A stretch of 62,389 nucleotides of DNA, the filler included, from Nemertoderma westbladi (lineage: Eukaryota; Animalia; Xenacoelomorpha): assembly GCA_032718475.1 (NCBI GenBank). It is 3 parts of 3 records of this genome, joined end to end, with 100 filler letters (N's around TTAATTAATTAA, not from the genome) between each part and the next. Parts side by side here need not be neighbours in the genome. Positions count along the whole stretch, not along the records: positions 1 to 28,683 come from JAUCBJ010004041.1; positions 28,784 to 56,086 come from JAUCBJ010000773.1; 1 more part is not named here. One strand, written 5' to 3'. Both the position numbers and the translations under genes were made by a program. The notes below the pieces were generated by a model. It was not told the origin of the DNA. It made no database searches and worked only from the letters and a program-made list of their open reading frames with translations. Of this stretch, positions 25,641 to 37,952 are shown piece by piece. Within the stretch, counting starts at the first letter, position 1. The number at the start of each line of letters is the position of its first letter.

Positions 25641-26931
25641 GCGACAAGTTTTAATTATTAACCATATTTCGTAAGATATATTTTAAAACATTTATTTATT
25701 AATAATGCAATAACTGAATAACCAGATAACGGAACGACAAACCGAATTGAAACTTTTAATTACTAATAATAATTGTGGTGAGAGGTGATGGAAATCAAGG
25801 ATATATGTTGTTATGTTATGGAGCACGCGTTGGTAGGCACAGGCAATGAATTGATGTCTGTTGAGATGTATTGAAGGAGCACTATTCCTTCTTTAGTAAT
25901 AATAATATTAATGTCATGGAATAACTGATACCTAAAAAACACACACACCCCCCCGTCAGCCAGTTCTATGGAGAGTGAGTGAATGGATAGGGAATTAATG
26001 CTATCCTACCATCCCCAACCAGCAGCAGTCTGCCTCTAACAGGCCAGGACATTCTCAGCGTTGCTAAGACACGGGAAGGAATTACTCCGTATTGACTGTC
26101 ATTAGGCGGTTAGAGCCTGCGTGTGAATTAATTGATAAAAATGCAATTTTAATTGTAAATCAATAAATAACTATAAAACTTGACATTAATCTCGAGTATA
26201 AAGTAAAGACTTTGATAGAATGGGACACGGCGAATCTACCCATGTTAATTTTATACCAGATGGGATAAATGTTACCCCCCTAAATAATTAATTACCGATA
26301 GAAGAATCGAAATAATTCGATTCAACCATACAATTTAGCTGAAGATATATATAAATTTAGATTATGGCTTCCGACGTTTATGGCTTCCGACACACACACT
26401 GACACACACACAGACTTTTGAAAAACGGCCATAGTATAATTATATCTGTTCGCTGATGGCTCGCCATACGTGTCTCGCCCCACAAACGTAGTGTTAGTTG
26501 TGTCCCTCCTCATTCATTATCATCAACTCCCTCCCACCTAACAGCAGTGAGTAACCTTATAGATTATTGTCATAGGATTCACTGGGAAGAGGTATTCATC
26601 TGGTGGGGTAATACATTATACAAACTTACAGTTGATGTTTGATTACTGTCTGGGTTAGAGTGAGATAGTAATCAATTTGGCAAGTAATATACTTCTCTGC
26701 ATTTTGGGCTATCCATTCAATAAATAGTAGTTGCTTACTAGGCCCACATGAGTACCAGCAGCTGGTGTTTCTATCGTTGAGTTGAAGGCAATTATCGTGT
26801 TTCCATTTTTGCTCACTCAGGGTACTGCGGTACTGGTTTGAGGGGCAGGTTCGTTTAAAGCCAGCTTGCTGGCTTTCTAGTATTAAATTGTTATTAAACC
26901 GTAAAATTAAACCTTGGTGTTAAATACTTAC

Positions 26932-27099
26932 AATCTGATACATTTCGAGTCGGAGTCCCGGTTATGGCGCTGTCTGATCGTCGTCTACGCGAGCTGACAG
27001 GGCTCCGCGCTGTTGCCATGGTAGCGAACACGTCATTATTCAAAGCCCCAGAATTCCCGATATTCATGTCAACTATGTTTACGGGAATCTTTGGTTTAT
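26932..27099 (-). CDS. Candidate exon, possibly an upstream exon of the MAP3K-like gene
   Basis: ttatag|AT...GATT|gtaagt; 168 nt, phase 1 to 1; open frame KPKIPVNIVDMNIGNSGALNNDVFATMATARSPVSSRRRRSDSAITGTPTRNVSD. Confidence 0.45.
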
Positions 27100-27146
27100 C
27101 TATAATAAGGTAAATATAGCTAATATAATATATTATTGTTGTCCAG

Positions 27147-27955
27147 GTGAAATTACTTTCATTATATGGTAATCGTGAGGAAATTATTGCAGCAATCAGA
27201 TTAATATACGATGGTTCAACGACATTTGTGTCTAACAGTGACGGTGACACAGAACCATTTGAAGTGTTATGGGGCGTCCTCCAGGGAGACACACTTGCAC
27301 CATTCTTGTTCATAATTGTTGTTGACTATGTTCTACGCATGTCCTTAGATCATCATAATGATGATGGGGTGATGATAACTCCACCTACTGGCTCCAGAAG
27401 TCGAGGAAATCCTGCCAAGTACCTAACTGATCTAGACTTTGCTGATGACTTAGGAGTACCCTACTCTCAGAATCACTAGAGGGAGCCCAACGGCTCATCA
27501 GCTCATTAGAACATGCTCTTTCTAGTGTTGGTCTTTATGTTAACTCCAATAATACCAAAATTTTGGCAGTAAACTTTGAAAGTCCGCTTCGAATACGTAA
27601 GGGAAAGGCATGATCAGCATTGAATGGACTTTCCAGGATTTGGAAGTCACACAGAATCCGTCGGAAACGAAAGGTCCGATTATTCCAACCAGACACTATA
27701 TAACATTGGAGGTATCTCATGGGTCGTCGCAAGCATGACAATAAAACAAAGCCGCCTCCGCTTTGCAGGACATATCTTTAGCCGTGAGGACCAGCATGTG
27801 CACAATCATGTGCTTTGGCAGCCCCATGAAGAAAATAAGCATGGTGGGTGGCCCATGGAAATGGAAATCGGACTCGAAAATGTAGATATTCTCGCGAAAG
27901 TCATGGGGGGTAGTGAGTTGTGGCGGTGCAACTTTGTTGATAAGCCGGCATAACA
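27147..27955 (+). mobile_element. Internally deleted copy of the RTE-like LINE family
   Basis: 27150-27480 is nearly identical to ~5875-6195 (GVLQGDTLAPFLF, DLDFADDL). The distal part is diverged and carries deletions. Confidence 0.9.
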
Positions 27956-28683
27956 CTCTTAATGCACGCTGTATTGTGGATTGCACGGTGGTGGCACAAA
28001 ATACTTTTATTAAGCCATATTTAAATATATTTCTTAAACGCAGGCTAGGACGATCTTTATAATAATAATAACTAGGGATGCGATCAATATGTGAAGCCAG
28101 GTGGTTTATATAATAATTTAGTCAACGCAGTACTCGTCTTCATTATATGCATCGTTGCGCTCGTCGCTTGTCCTGTTTTGTCATAAAATATTTTTCCTAA
28201 ACGCAGACTGACGATCTTTATACAGTTATAACTATGCGAAGTTTCGAAACTGTGCGAGTAACTGTTGATACATCTATGTGGAGATGTGTGATATGTGGAG
28301 ATGTGTGATACAACGCCAACGCATCTTATGCCGATGTAGTAATATGGGTATTGAAATAATATTAAATCAATGTACACTCTTAAAGCTGCAGCGAAAAAAT
28401 GTAGCTAATTTCCTAGGTTACATATAAAATAATAATATTATTTTTAAGAACATTAATTTTACTACTTTGCAAAAATTCAATTAAAAAATAACCAGACATA
28501 TACATTGTGGAATAAACTATTTCAGAAGCCTACAACAGCCATGCCATGGATTGTATTTATGTTATTATATCTGTCATTTAACTGAGATAGCAATAGTAGT
28601 AATAGTCGAACGGTTATGCGGCCCGTCCAGCCTATAATAAACACAATTCAGTGATTGGGCTGGAATAGCAATACTGGTTGCCT

Positions 28684-28783
28684 NNNNNNNNNNNNNNNNN
28701 NNNNNNNNNNNNNNNNNNNNNNNNNNNTTAATTAATTAANNNNNNNNNNNNNNNNNNNNNNNNNNNNNNNNNNNNNNNNNNNN
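28684..28783. other. Artificial contig linker
   Basis: 44 N + TTAATTAATTAA (stops in all six frames) + 44 N = 100 nt; identical to the second gap. Confidence 0.97.
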
Positions 28784-31411
28784 ATTTTTGGCACTTTTTC
28801 CGCATCCCCTTCTGAGGGATGCGTAAATCAGACCGATTTTGGTATATTTTTGGCACTTTTTCCGCATCCCCTTCTGAGGGATGCGTAAATCAGACAGATT
28901 TTGGTATATTTTTGGCACTTTTTCCGCATCCCCTTCTGAGGGATGCGTAAATCAGACCGATTTTGGTATATTTTTGGCACTTTTTCCGCATCCCCTTCTG
29001 AGGGATGCGTAAATCAGACCGATTTTGGTATATTTTTGGCACTTTTTCCGCATCCCCTTCTGAGGGATGCGTAAATCAGACCGATTTTGGTATATTTTTG
29101 GCACTTTTTCCGCATCCCCTTCTGAGGGATGCGTAAATCAGACAGATTTTGGTATATTTTTGGCACTTTTTCCGCATCCCCTTCTGAGGGATGCGTAAAT
29201 CAGACCGATTTTGGTATATTTTTGGCACTTTTTCCGCATCCCCTTCTGAGGGATGCGTAAATCAGACCGATTTTGGTATATTTTTGGCACTTTTTCCGCA
29301 TCCCCTTCTGAGGGATGCGTAAATCAGACCGATTTTGGTATATTTTTGGCACTTTTTCCGCATCCCCTTCTGAGGGATGCGTAAATCAGACAGATTTTGG
29401 TATATTTTTGGCACTTTTTCCGCATCCCCTTCTGAGGGATGCGTAAATCAGACCGATTTTGGTATATTTTTGGCACTTTTTCCGCATCCCCTTCTGAGGG
29501 ATGCGTAAATCAGACCGATTTTGGTATATTTTTGGCACTTTTTCCGCATCCCCTTCTGAGGGATGCGTAAATCAGACCGATTTTGGTATATTTTTGGCAC
29601 TTTTTCCGCATCCCCTTCTGAGGGATGCGTAAATCAGACAGATTTTGGTATATTTTTGGCACTTTTTCCGCATCCCCTTCTGAGGGATGCGTAAATCAGA
29701 CCGATTTTGGTATATTTTTGGCACTTTTTCCGCATCCCCTTCTGAGGGATGCGTAAATCAGACCGATTTTGGTATATTTTTGGCACTTTTTCCGCATCCC
29801 CTTCTGAGGGATGCGTAAATCAGACCGATTTTGGTATATTTTTGGCACTTTTTCCGCATCCCCTTCTGAGGGATGCGTAAATCAGACCGATTTTGGTATA
29901 TTTTTGGCACTTTTTCCGCATCCCCTTCTGAGGGATGCGTAAATCAGACAGATTTTGGTATATTTTTGGCACTTTTTCCGCATCCCCTTCTGAGGGATGC
30001 GTAAATCAGACCGATTTTGGTATATTTTTGGCACTTTTTCCGCATCCCCTTCTGAGGGATGCGTAAATCAGACCGATTTTGGTATATTTTTGGCACTTTT
30101 TCCGCATCCCCTTCTGAGGGATGCGTAAATCAGACCGATTTTGGTATATTTTTGGCACTTTTTCCGCATCCCCTTCTGAGGGATGCGTAAATCAGACAGA
30201 TTTTGGTATATTTTTGGCACTTTTTCCGCATCCCCTTCTGAGGGATGCGTAAATCAGACCGATTTTGGTATATTTTTGGCACTTTTTCCGCATCCCCTTC
30301 TGAGGGATGCGTAAATCAGACCGATTTTGGTATATTTTTGGCACTTTTTCCGCATCCCCTTCTGAGGGATGCGTAAATCAGACCGATTTTGGTATATTTT
30401 TGGCACTTTTTCCGCATCCCCTTCTGAGGGATGCGTAAATCAGACCGATTTTGGTATATTTTTGGCACTTTTTCCGCATCCCCTTCTGAGGGATGCGTAA
30501 ATCAGACAGATTTTGGTATATTTTTGGCACTTTTTCCGCATCCCCTTCTGAGGGATGCGTAAATCAGACCGATTTTGGTATATTTTTGGCACTTTTTCCG
30601 CATCCCCTTCTGAGGGATGCGTAAATCAGACCGATTTTGGTATATTTTTGGCACTTTTTCCGCATCCCCTTCTGAGGGATGCGTAAATCAGACCGATTTT
30701 GGTATATTTTTGGCACTTTTTCCGCATCCCCTTCTGAGGGATGCGTAAATCAGACAGATTTTGGTATATTTTTGGCACTTTTTCCGCATCCCCTTCTGAG
30801 GGATGCGTAAATCAGACCGATTTTGGTATATTTTTGGCACTTTTTCCGCATTCCCTTCTGAGGGATGCGTAAATCAGACCGATTTTGGTATATTTTTGGC
30901 ACTTTTTCCGCATCCCCTTCTGAGGGATGCGTAAATCAGACCGATTTTGGTATATTTTTGGCACTTTTTCCGCATCCCCTTCTGAGGGATGCGTAAATCA
31001 GACCGATTTTGGTATATTTTTGGCACTTTTTCCGCATCCCCTTCTGAGGGATGCGTAAATCAGACAGATTTTGGTATATTTTTGGCACTTTTTCCGCATC
31101 CCCTTCTGAGGGATGCGTAAATCAGACCGATTTTGGTATATTTTTGGCACTTTTTCCGCATCCCCTTCTGAGGGATGCGTAAATCAGACCGATTTTGGTA
31201 TATTTTTGGCACTTTTTCCGCATCCCCTTCTGAGGGATGCGTAAATCAGACCGATTTTGGTATATTTTTGGCACTTTTTCCGCATCCCCTTCTGAGGGAT
31301 GCGTAAATCAGACAGATTTTGGTATATTTTTGGCACTTTTTCCGCATCCCCTTCTGAGGGATGCGTAAATCAGACCGATTTTGGTATATTTTTGGCACTT
31401 TTTCCGCATCC
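28784..31411. repeat. 62-bp satellite, about 42 near-identical copies, each with an 8-bp-stem hairpin
   Basis: Unit CGCATCCC-CTTCTGA-GGGATGCG-TAAATCAGAC(C/A)GATTTTGGTATATTTTTGGCACTTTTTC. Runs into the contig end, so the true length is unknown. Confidence 0.98.
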
Positions 31412-31466
31412 TTCATTGAATTTAAAATCCCTGTGTCATGCTAACTCCAAATTGCTCTTACTGCTT

Positions 31467-32317
31467 CTACACTGTGGTTTTACTATGAGCTACAGTGACA
31501 ATTCTATCTTTGTTCTTTTGTGGTGTTGTTTTTGTTCTTCCAACTTTCACTAGCAATGGAAATAATACTGTAGACAAATCACAATGCATCTGCTCAACTT
31601 CTCTCTGCAAGAAATAGCCATACACTGGTCTTGCAGATTCACCATCCTTGTTCTGCAGGTATAATTGTATAATAATAATTGTTTTTGCAGTGGGGTCTTT
31701 GTAATAGCATTTCAGAGGTGCTATTTCTGTGCCCTTTTTAATTTCATTTTCATTTCTAATTTGGAAGCAAAATATAGGACAACCTCGAAATCCAAATTCT
31801 GAACAACTCCCTTCTCCCATCTTTCTCTCATCTTCTCCCATCTTTGTCTATTTTCTTGTATATCAAACTTACACTGCACTTTCACTCCAGAAACTTTCCC
31901 AGTTATTGTGTGAGCATACCAAGCTACGTAGATTGTTCCTGTTGTCTTAGACGCAATGACACAACACCTTGTCAGCTCTTTTGCTAGAGCTAGCCAGTGA
32001 TTCCTCCCACTTTGCTGTACAAATAATCCCTCATATGTCTGTATGTTTTCTAATGCACTTCTCATCACTTCCGTAGCAAGATCTCTAGATATGTAATTCA
32101 TAGAGTACAAGGATATCTCAACTCTTGTACATCCATATTGCTGGATCAATGGATGTTCTAAGGATTTCCGAAGAACAGGGTTCCTGCAATCAGCATAGTC
32201 TGCCAAATGCCCTCCAAAATTCTCCAATACTTCTCCTGCTTCAAACTGGCTAACAATTTTGTTGTACAGCTTCACTCTCATTGTATTTCCGCCCCAAGAT
32301 GTGATGTATGTCAACAC
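31467..32317 (-). pseudogene. Frameshifted, 5'-truncated intronless ORF (~280 aa) of unknown family; tentative Rep_trans-like rolling-circle initiator
   Basis: Overlapping ORFs 32317-31721 and 31841-31467, probably one gene with a frameshift near 31805 beside a short AAGATGGGAGAAG duplication. Globular composition; motifs RVKLYNK and TRVEISL. Confidence 0.55.
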
Positions 32318-32464
32318 ATCAACTGTTTATAAAATAGTAGGCCTGTCTTACAACAATTAGGTCTTAATGTCAGTTGGACTACTGCTTAAATAACGGCAAT
32401 CAAGTAAAGTAAAGTAAACAAGTAACCCCTAAAATTCAGAAATTCAATTATTCTAAAATAATTG

Positions 32465-32845
32465 ACATACTGGTATTTACGATAGGCTTATTATATTTAT
32501 TTCTATAAATTTAGGCTGAAATTATACCGGTATTCTGTAATTAATTCTAGTCCATAATTATACTTATATATACTATAAGTGTAAGCTGTATACCGGTATT
32601 CACGATAGGCCTATTATATATTTATATATATTTGTGCTGAAATTATATACCGGTATTCTGTGACAAACCTAGTCTGTAATAATTATACTTATAGATACTA
32701 TAAGTGTAAGCTGTATACCGGTATTCACGATAGGCCTATTATATATTTATATATATTTGTGCTGAAATTATATACCGGTATTCTGTGACAAACCTAGTCT
32801 GTAATAATACTTATATATATACTATAAGTGTATACCGGTATACTA
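32465..32845. repeat. ~125-bp tandem repeat, about 3 copies, in the BEL 5' leader
   Basis: TATAAGTGTAAGCTGTATACCGGTATTCACGATAGGCC recurs 125 bp apart. Confidence 0.85.
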
Positions 32846-32963
32846 ATATATTGTATATATATCACGTTACACTGAGTAACAGTATCGGTAATTAATTACT
32901 AGGCTAACAGTTGATACTGAATTACTAGACTTGCTTTAACTGTAACAAACTGTACAAACAAAC

Positions 32964-35900
32964 ATGTCTGACACAAAGCAAAACCTGTCAGACAGTCTCC
33001 TAGATACAACCATCTGTGACCCAGACAGGAGTGTGGAATGTGTGAGACCGAAGTTCAACTCACCTCCTACTGTAAGAAAGATCATCCCTCCAGTAGTAGT
33101 ATCAGACCCTAGGCTAGTCCAACACCGTAGGTCTATCATAGGCACTCGAGCTCAGGTCAAGCGGGACCAAGAAGCAGCGGAACAGCAGCAACACTCGAGC
33201 CGAGAACTTATTTCTCAGCGGCCCGACAGCTCCAGTAGTGCGGACACTGTAGGGCTGACACCCGAGCGCGGAGCAAAGATGGCAGATGCGGTTTATTCGG
33301 ATCCCCTTCTCATCCTTCATGCAGCCGTACTCACTAGGGTATGATTGCGGTGGAGGAACACCAGATTGATTGGGTGAGAAGTAAGCGATCGACCAAGGAT
33401 AGTTATGCGGGATACACAAGGGAAGAACTGAAGTCTATTGTCGAGTCGCAATGGAACTTCCCCGGACCCGGACTCCCGTTTGACTTATCGGAAGCTGCCT
33501 GGGAAGACATACACAGGATGGGAGTGACAAAAGACACCAGCGATCCAGCTGTATGGAAGAGGTCGGCAGCAGGATACGTACAGGGATTCTTCAGCTCTTT
33601 GGAGAGATTAGAGGAACAACTGTTTCGACAACCCCAATGACCTCAAGAGCAGGGAGAGCTGCTTTATCAAGTTCGAGAAAGAATTCTAAGAATCAGACTA
33701 ATCCTATCGGCCTTTGAGGAAGCTTCGAAAAGAAGACAAGACATGTCGTTGCAAGTTGCTGTAAAGACTTGGTTCCAGCGGGTGAGTCTCCAGGTTCAAG
33801 GAACGGCCCAGTGGACAGCTCGGCTGGCTGAGCGCTCAACCCATGGAGAATCAACAGATGCTACCTTTTCCCAAGTGGAAAGTGAAGCGACAGCTGAGAA
33901 ACCGCATAAGAGGGATGCTATTGACATGTATCTGTCAGACTATCAACGATTTGTAGGTGACGAAGAGTTGAGGAGACGGCTGTCTGGACTTCGCCCTAAT
34001 AGTGAAGGAGCCATGCTTGTGTTGGATGCAATCGATGCGGATATGATAGCTGCGAACCAAGCTAAATTTGATGAACGCATCCGCATGTCTAGAGGCCAAG
34101 AAGAACAAGTCAAGAAAAAACGTATAGAAAGACAGCAGCAGCGGCAGTGGCAGCGGCAGAAGCAGAAAGAAAAGTGGCAGAAGTGGAAAGAAAAGCGGCA
34201 GAGGCAGCGGCAGAGGCAAAAGCGGCAGCTGCAGCAGTAGAAGCGGAAAGAAAAGCGGCAGCGGCAGAAGCGGAAAGAAAAGCGGCAGAGGCAGCGGCAG
34301 AAGTGGAAAGAAAAATAGCAGTGGCAGAAGCAGAACGAAGAGCGTCTGAAGAGACCACCCAACTAGAGTTGGAAAATATTCAAGAGAATCAAGACTGCAT
34401 AAATAAACAGTTAACAGCTAGTCATATGCAGATGATGAATCGATCTACTCCCAAAAGACAGGGATATACATCATCTGATGAAGGCGATACCACCGATCCT
34501 GAAGGCGGAGGAAATAGATCTCGTCTAAGCAGACGTAGAAGAATGTCCCACCGTCAGAAATTGCCTGATTTGCCCCCAGCTGTTAGAAGGCAACTAACTA
34601 ACACAGCTTAGGTAGTACAGAACCCACAGACCAAATAATTAAAATAGAAAGACTCCCTACTATAGTAGATGAGCCTGAAATAATTAGGCCTGTTCTCGAA
34701 GCCACCCCTTCGGTGATAGAGACACCTGTACTCCCAGAACCTACCTCTAAATTCCCTTTGCATAGCACTAAACTACCTGTGCCCCACAGAACAACCCCTG
34801 AGACAGTTCCTGTCCTGGACTCCGAGCGAAATATCAATGATTTGTCGCCCGTTGTCCCTCGTCTGCCCGCTACTATGTTGGCGGCTCCCGCTTCGGCGGT
34901 CGAGTGGGTGGATGAGGGGCGGCGGGGGATGAATCTCCTGCTCGGGCAGATGCAGGAGACTGTTCATCAGTTTAAGGGAACAGTAAGGGAAAGTAGGTTA
35001 GAGTTGCAAGAAGTGCAGCAAAGTATCGCATTAGAACGCAATAAATTAGTAAATACACAAAAGGGTATACCACCACCCCCTGTAACAATTTGTCAACCTG
35101 TTAGGTCTGAAGTATTTCATGCGCAAGGTGTGGAGCCTACACGCATCTATACTGCTAGTGAAGTGGAAACTCCTATAGTAAACCCTATTAAGGGTAATTA
35201 TAAACCTGTTGACAATGATATTCCATATAGACTTGATAATAATCCGAGAAATTTATATACCGATAACTCGATATTAAATAACACGATGGCCCAAGAAAGT
35301 TTTACGCGTCAAATGGCTAGAACCGAAGCCCGTCAAGCGGTAAAGGTGGGAGAGATCGTCAAGTTTAATGGAGATGAGATGAAATGGTTACCTTTTAATG
35401 AATATTACAAAGATAACATACAGAACTCTGTGCTATCTAACGGAGAGAAACTGAGATTTCTCATCGAGTGCTTGGAAGGATCTCCCAAGTTAATGGCGTT
35501 AAAGTTTATTGGACATCCCGATGGATTAAGACAAGTTTGGGATACACTAAACATCAGGTATGGTAATAGGAATAACATAGCTATAGGTATTTGTATGCAA
35601 AATTGGTAGCGCCCCGAAAGTTCATTAGCAGCGGGATTATAGAGTTTTCCGATGAGATTCAGGAGATCCTTAGACAATTAGATTGGCTAGGTAAGTCTCA
35701 TGAATATCAGAGTTCTATGGTTATTGGAGCAGTGGCCTCTACTTTACCTAAGGGTGGAGTAGGTACACGCTGGGATAAGAAAGTGTTATATATGATGGAA
35801 CAACAATGACGAGACCCTACCATGGCTGATCTCATGTCATTCTTAGATGGAGAAGTGAAATTACAGCTCCTAAAGCAGTCCAGAGAGAAGACACCGGAAA

Positions 35901-37936
35901 ACAAGGTAAGTGAGAAACCCGTTTCTAGGAGAAAAGTAACACCAGTGTGTTATACCGACGACAGCGAAAGCCAGGCTTCTCAAGAAGAAGACAGCGGGAA
36001 AGACACTGAAAGATCTTATTATGTCAACAAAACGCCTAAAGACGTAAGTAAATTCAAGTCTCAAACCAATGACAGGAGAGAACAGGTAAGAAAAACTCCC
36101 CCTGCGTCTCCTAAGAGAATTCAGGTAAGAAAGCCCGAAGAAAGAACGAGTGTGCACAACGTCACTCAAAATAAGGTAAGTAACATCAAACCGAAATGTG
36201 CGCTGTGTGATGGGCCCCACCGTTTGAATGTGTGTGATGAATTCCTAAAGAAATCATTAAAGGATAGACGGGAAGTCATGTGGGATAAGCGGTTGTGTTA
36301 TAATTGCCTCAGACAAGGACACCAACGGCGAACCTGTTACTCCGACGCAAGGTGTGCAAAGTGCGGCGCAAAACATCATATCTTGTTGCACACTGAATTC
36401 GAACGAAACAGCCCGAGTCAGGTAAGTGAGTCCGAACTACATGTCCAATTCAGTGATGTGAACGACACTGACCAAAGTTCTGAGATGGAAGGATTCTATA
36501 CGGACGAATTCTCCGACGAAGACGAATCCTGTTACATGATAAATACCGCAGTGTATCGAGCACTTACGTATGAAAAGGACACCGACAGCGAGCTCCCCCT
36601 AACTACTTCTGACCGACAACCATCTTGGAAAGCACCAACTTCCAATGTAGGAATCCGAGAATTTCCCGTAGTACAGTTGAGGGTCCACGGACCTAAAAGG
36701 AGTTATATAGTGAACGCCCTCCTTGACTCCGGTAGCACAGGAACATTCATCGACAAAGAACTAGCCGAAGACATCTTTGCTGGACAACCCAAGTTCCGAA
36801 CTAAGTTAAACATGTCAGGAATTATGCAGGTTTGGAAATCTACAGTAATAGCAGATTATTATGTAGGTGCGTTGTCCACCCCCCAGGATGAACTAGGAGA
36901 ACACAGTATAAGGTCAGTAAAAATGGTGGCGATAAAGAACTTCGCTACCAGCCAAGTAGAACCTTATAACTGGGATGAGGACGATTTCACCCAGCAGCTT
37001 AAGATACCTAGATTCAACACAGACTACCCTGGAGTGCAAATACTCATTGGCCAAAATGCGCATGAGGCGCTTGAGACATTGGAGAAACGGCCTGCTCAAC
37101 CGCAACCACTACAAGCCTATGCGGGAAGAACTAGAGTAGGTTGGTACTTTACTGGCCCTTCCCGTAGAACTCTCATGGAAAGGTTACCAAAAGAACGGGT
37201 ATACCAAGTAAGTGAATGGGAAGCGGAGAGCAGTGAGGTAGACGACCCAACTGAGGGAACACCATACTCCTCAGATAATGACGATATTAACTCTAATGTA
37301 GATCAATGGAGACATTGCCCCGAGACGATTAATCTAGCCGACATCGCTTCCAGAGGAGCAACTCCTCAAGAACTGACAGATACTCCAGACTGGTTAGGTG
37401 GACCCGACTTCCTAAGTAAAGAAGATGAATGGCCTCCCCATCTTACCACGGCTGAGATTAGACAAGCCAAGGGAGCGGAGAAAGTCAAACCTAAAACCCG
37501 GACGAGTAAATCAAGGTTATTTAAACCCGTGATAGATCTGTCTGTACTACACATTGCCAGGGATGACGCTGTGGATCTAAACTCCCCCACCGCGAACCGA
37601 TCTGTTGTGGAGATCAGAGAGAGAGACTGGAGATCTGGAACACCAGACATCTCGCCGGGACTCTCACCTCTCCTGCCGGGAGCGATGGACCACTATAGAT
37701 CCTGGAATCGGCTTTGTAAGGCCGTCGTGTATTTGAAGCGATGTTTCTATCGTCACTATTCCAGGACGAAGAGGAAACCTGGAATTGTATTCGAAACACA
37801 ACAACTCAATCGCCCAGTTGGTCGTTTATGTTTACTGGAAAGAGACCAAGAACTGTCCGGAAACTATGGAAGGCAAGATACTCTTCCCACGACCACCTCC
37901 CTAATCCAACAAACATCTAGGGACTCCCCAACGTAA
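32964..37936 (+). pseudogene. BEL/Pao Gag-protease polyprotein, with stops and frameshifts in the Gag half; lacks RT and integrase cores
   Basis: Chain of ORFs 32964-33344, 33341-33640, 33743-34240, 34147-34611, 34713-35609, 35591-35809 and 35822-37936. No YxDD RT motif or DDE integrase visible. Confidence 0.85.
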
Positions 37937-37952
37937 CAGTGTCTGGAGTGGG

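Noticed and set aside
28728-28739. Biological TTAATTAATTAA palindrome
   Set aside because: Part of the synthetic linker, repeated identically at 56131-56142.
28784-31411. CRISPR array (palindromic 23-bp repeat plus 39-bp spacer)
   Set aside because: The would-be spacers are identical, there are no cas genes, and the context is eukaryotic. It is a satellite.
32320-32360. Intact 5' LTR and PBS for the BEL element
   Set aside because: Only weak similarity (ATAGTAG...TGTC...AACA) to the putative 3' LTR end; no TSD or clear PBS.
33935-34362. Cys/Phe/Arg-rich and Ala-rich antisense ORFs
   Set aside because: Antisense shadows of the purine-rich Gag repeat.
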